From: a virus
IMG/VR virus record: IMGVR_UViG_3300047175_000146
Coordinates: 1-62,811 of that record
Strand: one strand, 5' to 3'
DNA length: 62,811 bases
This document shows, one piece after another, positions 1 through 9,308 of the stretch; position 1 is the stretch's first letter; each line of letters begins with the position of its first letter. Both the position numbers and the translations under genes were made by a program. Below the pieces are notes generated by a model. That model did no database searches, was not told the DNA's origin, and saw only the letters and a list, made by a program, of their open reading frames with translations.

Positions 1-127
1 TGACCAATTGGGCCGCTGCGATTAATACGTTGATCACAGCGGGGCAATCAACGGGAGACGTTATCCTAAGAACAGGCAATCCGATAGGCCAAGCGCAGGG
101 TACCAACGGCGTCGCGGCGCTGTACTA
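1..127. repeat. Terminal direct repeat copy 1 (exact copy of 62685..62811); circular-closure overlap
   Basis: nt 1-127 (tgaccaattgggccgctgcg...gcggcgctgtacta) recur exactly as the last 127 nt. The repeat lies inside an ORF that stays in frame across the junction. Confidence 0.9.
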
Positions 128-317
128 CGCTAAGTATTATCAGATAGCTCAGTCGAATAACGTGCCCCTAATTGATATATCCGCACGCTGGCAGTCTTAC
201 ACTATTGCGAATGCGACGATGCCTTACGGTGATGACAGCGTTGCTGGGTATTTGCATCCTAGTGCTACAGGGTATTACGACATTGCCGCTGCGATAGCTG
301 AGTGTTTCCCGCTTTGA
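1..317 (+). CDS. SGNH/GDSL-family esterase, 3' part of the junction-spanning gene that starts at 61697
   Basis: The frame of ORF 30..317 is continuous with open frame 61697..62811 once the 127-nt overlap is removed (988+317 nt = 435 codons). C-terminal 'YLHPSATGYYDIAAAI' resembles SGNH block V. Confidence 0.7.
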   Translation, partial: TNWAAAINTLITAGQSTGDVILRTGNPIGQAQGTNGVAALYYAKYYQIAQSNNVPLIDISARWQSYTIANATMPYGDDSVAGYLHPSATGYYDIAAAIAECFPL

Positions 318-473
318 TGCTCACCCTTTGCAAACGGCCCTGAGCATATGCCCGGCATAAACGAGGCCTCCTCCCAGGCGCAGTTGTATGGCTGCCGACC
401 TTTGATTTGGGTGAAGCTCGACCCCTGCCTGCTTTCGCCCGGTGCGCCGCGCCCCTACCCTAAGGCAACTTAA

Positions 474-2561
474 ATGAAACGTATCTTAAAACTGTTGTGG
501 TGCACCTCAAGCACCGTTCTAACCATGGCCTTGAGCTTGACCGCTTTCGGTCAGAGTGTCCCCAATGGCGGCGCGGTATCGAATGGCCAGATCTGGAGCG
601 CCACGCAGTGGAACAGCGCCTGGCAAAGCAAGGCCGACACCAATAGCGCGGCTTTGACGGGATCGCCGACGGTCAACGGCGTGGCGATCGGTACGGTGAG
701 CTCCGTGTCTGCCACCGCGGTCGCGCCGCTGTGCGTTTCGGGCGTGCCGTTCACCACCACCGGCACATTGTCGATTACCTGGTGCTCCGGCGCCGTCGCG
801 CCCGTGTACGGCGGTACGGGCGTTGCCGGGACCATCACCGGCATCCCGTATGCCAACGGCACTTCTGCATTTACCGCAGCATCCGCAGCCAATGTGGCAA
901 CGCTCTTTGGTTGCACCACCGGCCAAGCACTGGGTTACGGCGGTGGGTGTATCTCGCCGGTTGAGTACAACGTTCAGAATACTGCGTATGCGGGCGGCGC
1001 CGATCCTACAGGTAGCGCGGATTCCACCGCCGCGATTCAAGCAGCTATTTCCGCTGCTTGCACTGCCGGTGGCATACTGAAGTTCCCGCACGGCACCTAC
1101 AATATCAGCAGCACCGTAAATGGCTGTAACAGCGCCGCGTGGTGGATGTCAATTGAGGGTGATGCCGAGTATAAGACCTACATTAACTGGACCGGCGCCA
1201 CGCCAACGCTTTCAGGTGTCACCATCAGCGGCACGGCAGGGCAGTTCGCTTGTTCGTCCTGCACCGGCATGGTCGTCGGGCAAACGCTGACACTTTCCGG
1301 CACCTACGGCGGTACAGGGTCGATCACCGGCTATACCAACCCAACGCAGTATCGCGTGAGCGCGGTCGGCACGAACACGTTCACCTTGCAGACGCTCTCG
1401 CACGGCGCGTTGACGACCACCGCAGGCACGCCAACGGGGCTCACTTATACGTCTGGGCAGTCCGTGTTCTACATGTTGGGCTGGGGCTCCTCGACCATCC
1501 GCAATGTCACGATCAACACGGGCGCTGCGACCAATATTGTCGGCTGGGATATCGACACTGATACGGTCATCCCCAGCACCGAGAATCTCACCTTCACGAA
1601 TGACCTCGTGCAAGGCAGCGGCGTTGGTTTTGTCGGCTGGCGATTGGGATTGAGTGAAGATGGTACCAACGACTACAGCTTCATCAATTGGGAAAACTCT
1701 TCTGTTCACGGCAATGTGGGAGCACCCGCTGCGAATTCGGTGGGTTGGCTCATAGAGGGACCGAATGCTCTGAACCTCAATTGGTTTGGCGGTAATGCGT
1801 ATGGTCTCGCTAACGGATTCTCTGATGTAGGCCAGTCGGGGCACATCTACAACGGTAACGGCAGTTACGCATTCTATGGCTGGGGTACCAGCGGCAATAC
1901 GAATGACTTCCTATTCAATGGCGGCGGTCAGTATCAGGTTTACGGTGGGAGATTTGAGCAGGGAACGACGTTCATGATCGTCAGTTCCTATCTTGCTTCG
2001 TCTCAAATAATAGTCTCTGGTGCGCAAGTTGCGGCCTACCCAGGAACAAGTTTTGGCGGCAATACAGGTGTCGTAGTCGAACTGACAGGTTCTGTAAGTC
2101 TCCAGATGGAGTCAACGAAATTCGAACAGGCAGCAAGTTCATACACCAGTTCTCTGATAACGATAGCGACGAACGGCGGTCCTGTTTTCGACAACATCAC
2201 CTTCCTGGATGATACGGTCGATGGTTCTTTCCCGTTTTACAACATTGTTGGCGGGAATACAGGCGGCGCGATCACGATCCGATCAATCGGTAACGTCCAA
2301 AAATCGCACTCAGGTGAGTCAGCCATTGCTCTGTTCCCTGACGTTACGGGCGCGCAGACCTTTAACGGCACTATCAGTGGTGCCGTCTACACGGTTGCCA
2401 CGCTACCGACGTGCACCTCGGGCATCGTCGGTGCATTGGCCTCGGTCAACAACGGCGTGACGTCGCCAACTTATTTTGGTGCCGTGAGCACTACGGGCAC
2501 CGCCACAGATCCCGTGTACTGCAACTATAACGGCTCAACTTATGGTTGGGTCTATCATTGA
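474..2561 (+). CDS. Tailspike/depolymerase-like protein with pectate-lyase-type beta-helix signature and a signal-peptide-like N-terminus
   Basis: 695-aa ORF. 'YNVQNTAYAGGADPTGSADSTAAIQAAISAACTAGGILKFPHGTYNISSTV' matches the N-terminal signature of Pectate_lyase_3-type tailspikes. The body is Gly/Thr/Asn-rich, the hydrophobic leader is MKRILKLLWCTSSTVLTMALSLTAFGQ, and GC drops in the 3' half. Confidence 0.7.
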   Translation: MKRILKLLWCTSSTVLTMALSLTAFGQSVPNGGAVSNGQIWSATQWNSAWQSKADTNSAALTGSPTVNGVAIGTVSSVSATAVAPLCVSGVPFTTTGTLSITWCSGAVAPVYGGTGVAGTITGIPYANGTSAFTAASAANVATLFGCTTGQALGYGGGCISPVEYNVQNTAYAGGADPTGSADSTAAIQAAISAACTAGGILKFPHGTYNISSTVNGCNSAAWWMSIEGDAEYKTYINWTGATPTLSGVTISGTAGQFACSSCTGMVVGQTLTLSGTYGGTGSITGYTNPTQYRVSAVGTNTFTLQTLSHGALTTTAGTPTGLTYTSGQSVFYMLGWGSSTIRNVTINTGAATNIVGWDIDTDTVIPSTENLTFTNDLVQGSGVGFVGWRLGLSEDGTNDYSFINWENSSVHGNVGAPAANSVGWLIEGPNALNLNWFGGNAYGLANGFSDVGQSGHIYNGNGSYAFYGWGTSGNTNDFLFNGGGQYQVYGGRFEQGTTFMIVSSYLASSQIIVSGAQVAAYPGTSFGGNTGVVVELTGSVSLQMESTKFEQAASSYTSSLITIATNGGPVFDNITFLDDTVDGSFPFYNIVGGNTGGAITIRSIGNVQKSHSGESAIALFPDVTGAQTFNGTISGAVYTVATLPTCTSGIVGALASVNNGVTSPTYFGAVSTTGTATDPVYCNYNGSTYGWVYH

Positions 2562-2608
2562 AGAGGTTACGCACCTGAACGACGCCGGCTACGCTCTTGT
2601 GTATTCCA

Positions 2609-3454
2609 ATGTCTCGTCGTTTTTGGCGGGAAAATCATGGTAGAGCACGTCGTGTTCGCGGCACCGTGAGCAGCGCTCCGCCGTTTGCGTTCGGCTCCGG
2701 TGCTTTCGGCGTAAACCCGTTCGGACAAGCCCAACTGATCACGAGCAACGTCGCCTTTCTGTCGCCCTCCATCGCCGAAGTGTTGAGCGAGTGTTTCGAG
2801 CGGGCCGGTATCGCGGCCGCGTCGCCGGGCAACGATCACATTGATTCAGCCATCCGCTCCATGAAGCTCATGCTCAATTCCGAGTGGCTCACGTTAGGGA
2901 TGCGCACGTGGCAGTTCCAACTGCTGAACCTGACCACCAACGTCACGGTCGGAGCGACCGTGGTGCTGCCCCCGGGCGTGCTGACCGTCTCCGATGCGGT
3001 GTTGCGTCGCGACGGGCGCGATACGCCGATCAACCCCATGAGCCGCGATGAGTATCTGGAGATCCCGGACAAGACCCAGACCGGGCGCCCCGATCGGTAT
3101 CTGATCGACAAGCAGTACAATCAGACCGTCCTGACCATGTGGCGGTCGCCCGAGAACAACACCGACCAGATCTTCTACTGGGCGATGTGCAACACGGCGA
3201 TCCCGACCGAGGATCTGTCCCAAGGGCTGCAGATGCGCCCGGAGATCCTCGAGGCTTTCCATGCGGGCCTCGCGGCCAAACTGGCACTCAAGTTCAACGC
3301 GCAGCGCTACGAGACGCTGCAGGCGTATTACCGCGGCGCAGATCCCAACCCGCGCAACATCGGCGGCGTGCTCGCCCTGGCGCTCGACGCGAATCGCGAT
3401 TGGGGCGATGTAAGATTCACTTTCCACCGCCGGCGCCGTTCTGGCCGCTGGTAA
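2609..3454 (+). CDS. Virion structural protein, possibly tail tubular protein A / adaptor-like
   Basis: ORF 2597..3454 with first ATG at 2609. It sits in the tail block. The layout 'IDSAIRSMKLMLNSEWLTLGMRTWQF ... SRDEYLEIPDKTQTGRPDRYLID ... EILEAFHAGLAAKLALKF' is reminiscent of podovirus gp11-type proteins. This is judged by eye only. Confidence 0.4.
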   Translation: MSRRFWRENHGRARRVRGTVSSAPPFAFGSGAFGVNPFGQAQLITSNVAFLSPSIAEVLSECFERAGIAAASPGNDHIDSAIRSMKLMLNSEWLTLGMRTWQFQLLNLTTNVTVGATVVLPPGVLTVSDAVLRRDGRDTPINPMSRDEYLEIPDKTQTGRPDRYLIDKQYNQTVLTMWRSPENNTDQIFYWAMCNTAIPTEDLSQGLQMRPEILEAFHAGLAAKLALKFNAQRYETLQAYYRGADPNPRNIGGVLALALDANRDWGDVRFTFHRRRRSGRW

Positions 3455-3471
3455 ACCAGCAGGAGCAAACC

Positions 3472-4017
3472 ATGGGCATCATCAATCCTAAACCGCGTTT
3501 TGGTCTTGAGACCGACAGCGGCAAGATTTACGACTATGTCGATCAGCGCGAGGTGGAAGTGACCACCAGTTATCAAGCGGCCGACGGGGTTTGGAACTTG
3601 GTCAAGGTGCGCGACCTCATTGCCACCGGCCAGCCGGTCGAGGCGGCGCGCGTGAACCTGACGCCGCGCCCGGTCAAACTAGTGCCGAAAGCCACGGCCG
3701 CACCCGCCCCCAACAAGCCGGCGCCGCTGACTCTCGTGGTCCCCAACCATCCCGCGACCGCGCCGGCCGAACTGGAGGAAGGCGCCAAGAGCAGCGCGGG
3801 TGCCCTGCCACCGACCGGATCCCCCATCGCGCTCAACGCCAAGGAGCTCGAGGCGCTGAATCTGTCAGGCATCCAGCAGGCAGCGCTGGGGTTGACGCTG
3901 CAGGAGCGCACCGTCACCGGCATCACGGTGGAGCGCAAGGCACAGCTCGGCATCACCGCGGCACGCGCCCGGGTGCTGGGCTTGAACGATGCTCAGGTCA
4001 AGGCCTTGGGATCATGA
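3472..4017 (+). CDS. Hypothetical virion-block protein with Pro/Ala-rich linker
   Basis: ATG at 3472 preceded by aggagcaaacc; in frame with ORF 3139..4017; good GC3 bias. Confidence 0.55.
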   Translation: MGIINPKPRFGLETDSGKIYDYVDQREVEVTTSYQAADGVWNLVKVRDLIATGQPVEAARVNLTPRPVKLVPKATAAPAPNKPAPLTLVVPNHPATAPAELEEGAKSSAGALPPTGSPIALNAKELEALNLSGIQQAALGLTLQERTVTGITVERKAQLGITAARARVLGLNDAQVKALGS

Positions 4018-4205
4018 CGCGCCTGACCACGCAGCGGCGCAAGGAGCTGCCCCAGGACGAGTTCGCACTGCCGGGCGGTCGATATCCCATTCCCGATGAG
4101 AGCCACGGCCGCGCGGCGCTCTCCATGGCGCATTACGCGAGCCCGGCCGAGCAGGCTCAAATCAAGCGCAAGGTGCACGAGAAATTTCCCGACATCGGAA
4201 AGTGA
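4014..4205 (+). CDS. Small hypothetical protein
   Basis: ATGA start/stop overlap with the upstream gene; 63 aa containing 'LPGGRYPIPDESHGRAALS'. Confidence 0.5.
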   Translation: MTRLTTQRRKELPQDEFALPGGRYPIPDESHGRAALSMAHYASPAEQAQIKRKVHEKFPDIGK

Positions 4206-4214
4206 GGATGAGCC

Positions 4215-4778
4215 GTGCCGATGTACGCAGCGGGCAGGATGGCGAAGGGGCAGTGTCAGCGCTGCGGCCTTTTCTATCTGCTCAAAGAGCTGGTCATGGA
4301 CGGCTACTACCCGAACATTCGGGTCTGCGCCGGCTGCTACGATCCACCCCAGCCGCAGGAACGTCTGGCGGTCGTTTCTGACGCCGTGGCTTTGTACAAG
4401 CCCACGCCGGACGCCATCTACTTGAGCCCACCGGTTCTGACCGCCTCGCAGCAGGGCAACAACATCGTCCTCACCTGGAGCGGTTTCAACCAGATACCGG
4501 CGCCGGCGCAGACGCTCACCGATGATTTCAGCGCGGCCACCCAGGGCAAGAGGCCGATCGGCTCGAGCGGCGGCGCTAACGTCACGGCCGGCTATCTCAT
4601 CAATCGGTCGACCGACGGGGTGAACTTCACGCAGCTCGCCAATCTCGCGAACACGGCGGATGAGTTCGGCGCGCTGGTGGTCGAAACCAACACCTACACC
4701 GACGTCGATCCGGGCATAGGCACCTGGTACTACATGGTGGTCGGCTACGATGCGACCTTCAACGATCCGTATGGCTAG
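4215..4778 (+). CDS. Virion-block protein with N-terminal Cys4 zinc-ribbon-like motif
   Basis: 187-aa ORF with 'CQRCG...CAGC' at the N-terminus and a beta-rich C-terminal half. Overlaps the next gene by 8 nt. Confidence 0.55.
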   Translation: MPMYAAGRMAKGQCQRCGLFYLLKELVMDGYYPNIRVCAGCYDPPQPQERLAVVSDAVALYKPTPDAIYLSPPVLTASQQGNNIVLTWSGFNQIPAPAQTLTDDFSAATQGKRPIGSSGGANVTAGYLINRSTDGVNFTQLANLANTADEFGALVVETNTYTDVDPGIGTWYYMVVGYDATFNDPYG

Positions 4779-6552
4779 CCGCAATTCGAACATCGTGTCG
4801 GTCACCTTCGCGCCGCAAAGCCCGGCCGCGACGCCGACGTTCACGCCCGCAGCAGGCACTTACAACAGCGTGCAAAGCGTGGTGATCGCCTGTGCCACCG
4901 CCGGCGCGACGATTTACTACACCACGGATGGCTCGACTCCGACGACGAGCAGTGCGGTGTATTCGGCGCCGGTGAGTGTCGGGGTCAGCGAAACGCTCAA
5001 AGCGATGGCGACCGCGGCCGGGTATTTGCCATCGGCCGTGGCATCCGCCAACTATGTGATCAATCTTCCGCAGGCCGCGACACCGGCCTTTTCGCCGGGA
5101 ACTGGCACCTACAACAGCGTGCAAAGCGTCACCATCGCGAGCGGCACGGCGGGGGCGAGCATCTATTACACGACCGACGGCTCGACACCAACCACGGGCA
5201 GCACGCTATACAGCGCCCCGGTGTCGGTGGCGAGCAGTGAGACCTTGAAAGCCATTGCCACGGCAAGCGGCTATACGCAATCGAGCGTGGGATCTGCGGC
5301 GTACGTCATCAACCTCCCGCAGGCAGCGACTCCCACCTTTTCACCGGCGGCAGGCACCTACACCGGAACGCAAAACGTCACCATTTTGAGCGCCACCGGC
5401 GGCGCTGTGATCCACTACACCAGCGATGGGTCGACACCGACCACGTCAAGCCCGGTCTATTCCGCGCCGGTGGCGGTTGCCTCGAGCGAGACTCTCAATG
5501 CCATCGCGGTGGCATCCGGTTACACGCAATCCAACGTCGGCAGTGCTTCCTATGTGATCAACCTGCCACAGGCAGCCACCCCAACGTTCTTGCCCGTGGC
5601 CGGCAATTACGCGTCGGCCCAAAGCGTACAGATTCAAAGCGCCACCGCGGGCGCCACGATCTACTACACCACGGACGGCTCAACGCCAACCACCTCAAGC
5701 ACGGTGTATTTCTCTGCCGTCAACGTTGCCGCCAACGAGACCCTGAAGGCCATCGCCACTGCTGCCGGTTACACGCAATCGAACGTCGGCTCCGCCGTTT
5801 ACACCATCGGTCAATGCGATCCGCATTTCGGCAACGTCGAATTGCTGCTGCACTTCGACGGGGCGAATGGCTCGATGACCTTCACAGACTCGTCGCTGAA
5901 TAATTTTTTCGTGACCGGTAATAGCGGCAGCCCGGCAACGTCGCTGGAAACGTCGAACGTGTTGTACGGTACGGCGTCCGCCAATTTTGGAAATGGATCG
6001 TCGTTTCCCACGGAGTCCGCGTTGGGTCCGGCGACAACGGGTACTAATGCTCCTATACCACTCTCCACAGCGACACAGTTGAATCCCGGCACCGGCGACT
6101 TCACGATGGAGTGCTGGATCAACACTAATAATTTCAGCAACAGCCTATTTGGTGTAATCGGTAGCGGCGGAGCTAATGTTCCAGCCGGATTCGGGACTCA
6201 GTTGATTGGGGGGCCGTTGGTTCAGTACTACTGGTACGATGATAGCGGCACTCAACATTATCGAGAGATCGGTGTGCCGGCAGGATCGTGGGCACATGTT
6301 GCGTTTGTTCGTTATTCGGGAAACATTACCTGTTACGTCAACGGCGTTGCCAGTTACTCAGATGCGTATGCGGGCAATTTTAACCTCGCACCTTATTTGA
6401 GCAGTTCTTATGTGGTCGTAGGATGGGCTGAGCAAGGGTTGTACCAATATTCCGGCCTCATGGATGAGTTCCGATACACCGTCGGCGTGGCGCGCTATAC
6501 AGCGAATTTCCCACCTCCGACCACTGCTTTCCCAAACATCGCGTGCAATTGA
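4771..6552 (+). CDS. Fibre/adhesin-like protein: four tandem Fn3_assoc/CHB_HEX_C-type repeats plus a C-terminal LamG (Laminin_G_3-like) domain
   Basis: Repeats read 'P.F.P..GTY....V.I.....GA.IYYTTDGSTPT..S..YS.PV.V...ETLKAIA.A.GY..S.V.SA.Y.I'. The C-terminus has 'GDFTMECWINT', 'WAHVAFVRYSGNITCYVNGV' and 'LMDEFRYTVGVARY', typical of concanavalin/LamG jelly rolls. Confidence 0.7.
   Translation: MASRNSNIVSVTFAPQSPAATPTFTPAAGTYNSVQSVVIACATAGATIYYTTDGSTPTTSSAVYSAPVSVGVSETLKAMATAAGYLPSAVASANYVINLPQAATPAFSPGTGTYNSVQSVTIASGTAGASIYYTTDGSTPTTGSTLYSAPVSVASSETLKAIATASGYTQSSVGSAAYVINLPQAATPTFSPAAGTYTGTQNVTILSATGGAVIHYTSDGSTPTTSSPVYSAPVAVASSETLNAIAVASGYTQSNVGSASYVINLPQAATPTFLPVAGNYASAQSVQIQSATAGATIYYTTDGSTPTTSSTVYFSAVNVAANETLKAIATAAGYTQSNVGSAVYTIGQCDPHFGNVELLLHFDGANGSMTFTDSSLNNFFVTGNSGSPATSLETSNVLYGTASANFGNGSSFPTESALGPATTGTNAPIPLSTATQLNPGTGDFTMECWINTNNFSNSLFGVIGSGGANVPAGFGTQLIGGPLVQYYWYDDSGTQHYREIGVPAGSWAHVAFVRYSGNITCYVNGVASYSDAYAGNFNLAPYLSSSYVVVGWAEQGLYQYSGLMDEFRYTVGVARYTANFPPPTTAFPNIACN
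4816..5812 (+). repeat. Four tandem 249-bp (83-aa) coding repeats
   Basis: Repeat units start at about 4816, 5065, 5314 and 5563 (each begins ..L-P-Q-A-A-T-P..). The period is exactly 249 nt between units 2-3 and 3-4. Confidence 0.85.
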
Positions 6553-6561
6553 GGGGTACCC

Positions 6562-7449
6562 ATGCTCGGATACAGCTACGCCCAACTCTACGCCGCCCTG
6601 CAGTCCTGGCCGCTCAAACAATCAGCGACCTATCTTGCCAATTTGAACCGCATGATCTTCATGGGCGAATTGCGTCTGATCCGCGACATCCAGTTGGACA
6701 TCTTCGACGTCAACGACAGCGTCGCCTTGAGCAGTGGCCAGACGGTGCTCGCCAAACCTTTGGGGTCGCAGGCGATCAGTTTTACCGCCGGCATCGCGCC
6801 CGGCGCCACATCGGCGACGCTCGCGAGCGCTTGGAACGGCAGCACCGGGGTGTACGTGTTGACCTTTTCCGACAACGAAGTGCAAGCCGTGACTTTGACC
6901 TCGGGTCAGACCACGGCTAACTGGCCCCTGCCCATGGCCGATGCGGTCAGCGCGAGCGCCACGGTCGCGCCGCAATTCGTGGTCGAGCAGTCCCTGCAGG
7001 TGGTGTACTCGGGCGTCAACCGGATCGTGCGCAAGCGTTCCTGGGAGTTCGTGCAGCTCTACCAACAGGCCGCCGCGGGCCAGCCTGCGTACTACTGCGA
7101 TGTCGCCACCAGCAACTGGCAGATCGCGCCGGCCTGCGATGCCAATGCCACCGCGATGCTGCGCAAGTACACGCGCCGGCCCATCTCGATCGTCGCGGCC
7201 GGCAGCAGTTGGCTCGGCGATACGGTGGGAGAGGTTCTGTTCGCGGCCTGCCTGATGGAATCGGAAATGTTCTTAAAGGCCGACGATCGCTACAACGACA
7301 TGAAAATAAAATATCAGGTCGAACTGCTGCCCGCCGCGCGCGCCGAGCTCGTAGCCGCCTGGCGCAAGGGCGCCTATGCGCCGTTGCAGGCGATTGCCAC
7401 GCTGCCGCAGCCGGCGACCGCCCCGCCCCCGGCGCAGGCGCAAGGTTAA
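6562..7449 (+). CDS. Virion structural protein (adaptor/tail-proximal type), carries the shared 'GATSxTL..W.G.SG...FSD.E' module
   Basis: 295-aa ORF in the tail block with start ATG 6562 after 'gaggggtaccc'. The module lies at 6802..6966. Confidence 0.5.
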   Translation: MLGYSYAQLYAALQSWPLKQSATYLANLNRMIFMGELRLIRDIQLDIFDVNDSVALSSGQTVLAKPLGSQAISFTAGIAPGATSATLASAWNGSTGVYVLTFSDNEVQAVTLTSGQTTANWPLPMADAVSASATVAPQFVVEQSLQVVYSGVNRIVRKRSWEFVQLYQQAAAGQPAYYCDVATSNWQIAPACDANATAMLRKYTRRPISIVAAGSSWLGDTVGEVLFAACLMESEMFLKADDRYNDMKIKYQVELLPAARAELVAAWRKGAYAPLQAIATLPQPATAPPPAQAQG

Positions 7450-7458
7450 GGAGGGCCC

Positions 7459-9114
7459 ATGGCAGACTCATACTCGACCTTTTTGCAGGTACGGTTGCCG
7501 GCGACCGGCTACTACGACAATACCTGGGGTGCCACGCTCAATTCGGATGCGCTTCAGCTGCTCGACACGGCGGTGGCCGGTTGGACCAGTTTCTCGGTCG
7601 GCAGCGCGGTCACTTATTCGTTGCCGGCCCTGACGCCCGGCAGCTCATCCACGAGCCGTTATTTCGGTTTGCTGATCACCGGCACGCCGGCAGCCACGTG
7701 CGTGATCACGGTACCCTCGTCCGTGACCGGCAAGATGTATCTGATCAACAATCAGACCGGCCAGTCCTTGGAGTTCACCTATTCCGGATCGACCAACACG
7801 GTCACTGTCGCTACCAACACCATCCAACTGATCTGGTGCGATGGCAGCAATTGCTGGGCGATCACGGCGCCCTCGACCGACAGTTCGAGCCTGGGCGGTG
7901 CGCCGGCCGGGGATTGGATGCGCGCCGGGCGCACCGCGGCCGAGATCGCCGCCTCCACCATCGTCGAGAACATCGTTTCGATTCCGACCGCGTGGTCTTA
8001 CATGACCGTCACCGAAGCGCCGACGACGACGCTCGACTGGCATAACGGCAATGCGCAAAGCCTGACCCTGACCGGCAATCGCACCATGGCCGCGCCGGTG
8101 AACGTGGTCGACGGCGCCGAGATCGATCTGCTCGTCATACAGGACGGCACCGGTGGCCGCACGCTCACCTGGAATGCCGTGTTCTGGTTCGAGAACGGCA
8201 CGCCGCCGGTGCTCGGTACCGCGGCCGGGTCGGTCGATCGATTCTTGATGCGCTACAACGCCGCGCTGACGCGCTGGATTTGCGGCCATTTCGCCAACAC
8301 CAACGCCGGCGCCGGCACCACGCTGCCCATCACGATCGCCTCGAACACCGTCGATTGGTCGCTCAAAGCCGTCATCGGCAGTCTTTCCACGCCGGCAACC
8401 TTGAACATCCAGGTCAATGCCGGTGTGATCATGGAGGCCTCGACCACGGGCACGGCCGCGATGGATCTGTCGGGCCTGATTTCCGGCTGCACCATCAACC
8501 TCACCAACTTGGGCTACATCCAAGGCAAGGGCGGCGATGGCGGCGATGGCGCGGTGGCGAGCTACCCCGGATCCGGTACCACGTTGCTGTCAGCCGCGCC
8601 GGGACTTTCGGGCGGTAAGGCGATCTTAGGGCCCGGGTCCGGCTGCACCTTCAACGTGACCAACGCCAACGGCAACATTTGGGGCGGCGGTGGCGGCGGT
8701 GGTGGCGGCGGTGCTTTCTGCGGCAACCCGAGCTTGGGCTGCGCCAACGGTGGCGGCGGCGGGGGTGGTGCGGGCGGCGGCCGGCCCGGGCGCGGCGGGC
8801 GCGGCTCCTACATCTCAGCCACGCCGCCGCAGATCGCCCAGGACGGGACTTGGGGCACGGCGGGCATCAATGGTGCCGCGGGCACGGCGGGCACCGGTAC
8901 GAGCCAGGGAGCCGGTTCCATTGGGGTTGCCGGCGCCGGCGGCACGTGGGGCACGGCCGGGACGGCCGGCTCGAATCCGGCCACCACCACCATGGGCCAA
9001 TATGGGGCGTTCGGGGCGGCCGGCGCGGCCGGCAAGGCGATCGAGTTGGCCGGCGGCTCGGTGACGTTTGTTTCAGGCGGAAGCAATCCGAACGTGCAGG
9101 GAGTCGTTTCTTGA
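7459..9114 (+). CDS. Tail-fibre-like protein with glycine-rich C-terminal domain
   Basis: The N-terminus 'MADSYSTFLQVRLPATGYYDNTWGATLNSDALQLLDTAVAG' is typical of phage fibre N-termini. The C-terminal third is poly-Gly/Gly-X rich (GGGGGGGGGAF..., GTAGTAG...). Confidence 0.6.
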   Translation: MADSYSTFLQVRLPATGYYDNTWGATLNSDALQLLDTAVAGWTSFSVGSAVTYSLPALTPGSSSTSRYFGLLITGTPAATCVITVPSSVTGKMYLINNQTGQSLEFTYSGSTNTVTVATNTIQLIWCDGSNCWAITAPSTDSSSLGGAPAGDWMRAGRTAAEIAASTIVENIVSIPTAWSYMTVTEAPTTTLDWHNGNAQSLTLTGNRTMAAPVNVVDGAEIDLLVIQDGTGGRTLTWNAVFWFENGTPPVLGTAAGSVDRFLMRYNAALTRWICGHFANTNAGAGTTLPITIASNTVDWSLKAVIGSLSTPATLNIQVNAGVIMEASTTGTAAMDLSGLISGCTINLTNLGYIQGKGGDGGDGAVASYPGSGTTLLSAAPGLSGGKAILGPGSGCTFNVTNANGNIWGGGGGGGGGGAFCGNPSLGCANGGGGGGGAGGGRPGRGGRGSYISATPPQIAQDGTWGTAGINGAAGTAGTGTSQGAGSIGVAGAGGTWGTAGTAGSNPATTTMGQYGAFGAAGAAGKAIELAGGSVTFVSGGSNPNVQGVVS

Positions 9115-9308
9115 ACGATAAAGTCGTAGACCTCGACACCTTTCGCCCCAAGAGGAAAGAGCTCGTGCTCGAGTGCAAGTGCGGCAGCCAACTGTTCTAC
9201 CTGCATTTTCGCGAAAAAGGACTGACCGGCGCCATTGAGTGCCGCCTGTGCGGCGAGATTCCCCTCGATAAGTGTTGGGGCTATGCGCAGCGCGACGATA
9301 TCGACTGA
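9111..9308 (+). CDS. Small Cys4 zinc-ribbon protein (TTG start, uncertain)
   Basis: In frame with ORF 8679..9308. TTG at 9111 overlaps the upstream stop. Contains 'CKCG...CRLCG'. Confidence 0.35.
   Translation: MNDKVVDLDTFRPKRKELVLECKCGSQLFYLHFREKGLTGAIECRLCGEIPLDKCWGYAQRDDID

Noticed and set aside
1-127. The 127-nt repeat as genuine direct terminal repeats of the virion DNA
   Set aside because: It falls in the middle of a coding sequence that is restored in frame on circularisation. An assembly overlap is the simpler explanation. This needs read-level confirmation.
317-347. Nested palindrome ATGCTCA-ccc-TTTGCAAA-cggccc-TGAGCAT at the SGNH gene stop as a terminator
   Set aside because: There is no following T-run. 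It could be a protein-binding palindrome, but a single occurrence gives too little to call.
6802-6966. Diversity-generating retroelement (template/variable repeat) explanation for the shared module
   Set aside because: The three copies are strongly diverged at the nucleotide level and do not differ only at adenines. No reverse transcriptase gene is visible.
8680-8790. (GGY)n poly-glycine codon tracts (also at 13705..13740) as phase-variation switches
   Set aside because: The codons are mixed ggc/ggt/ggg and not a pure homopolymer or perfect microsatellite. They are consistent with glycine-rich fibre domains and show no sign of frame disruption.
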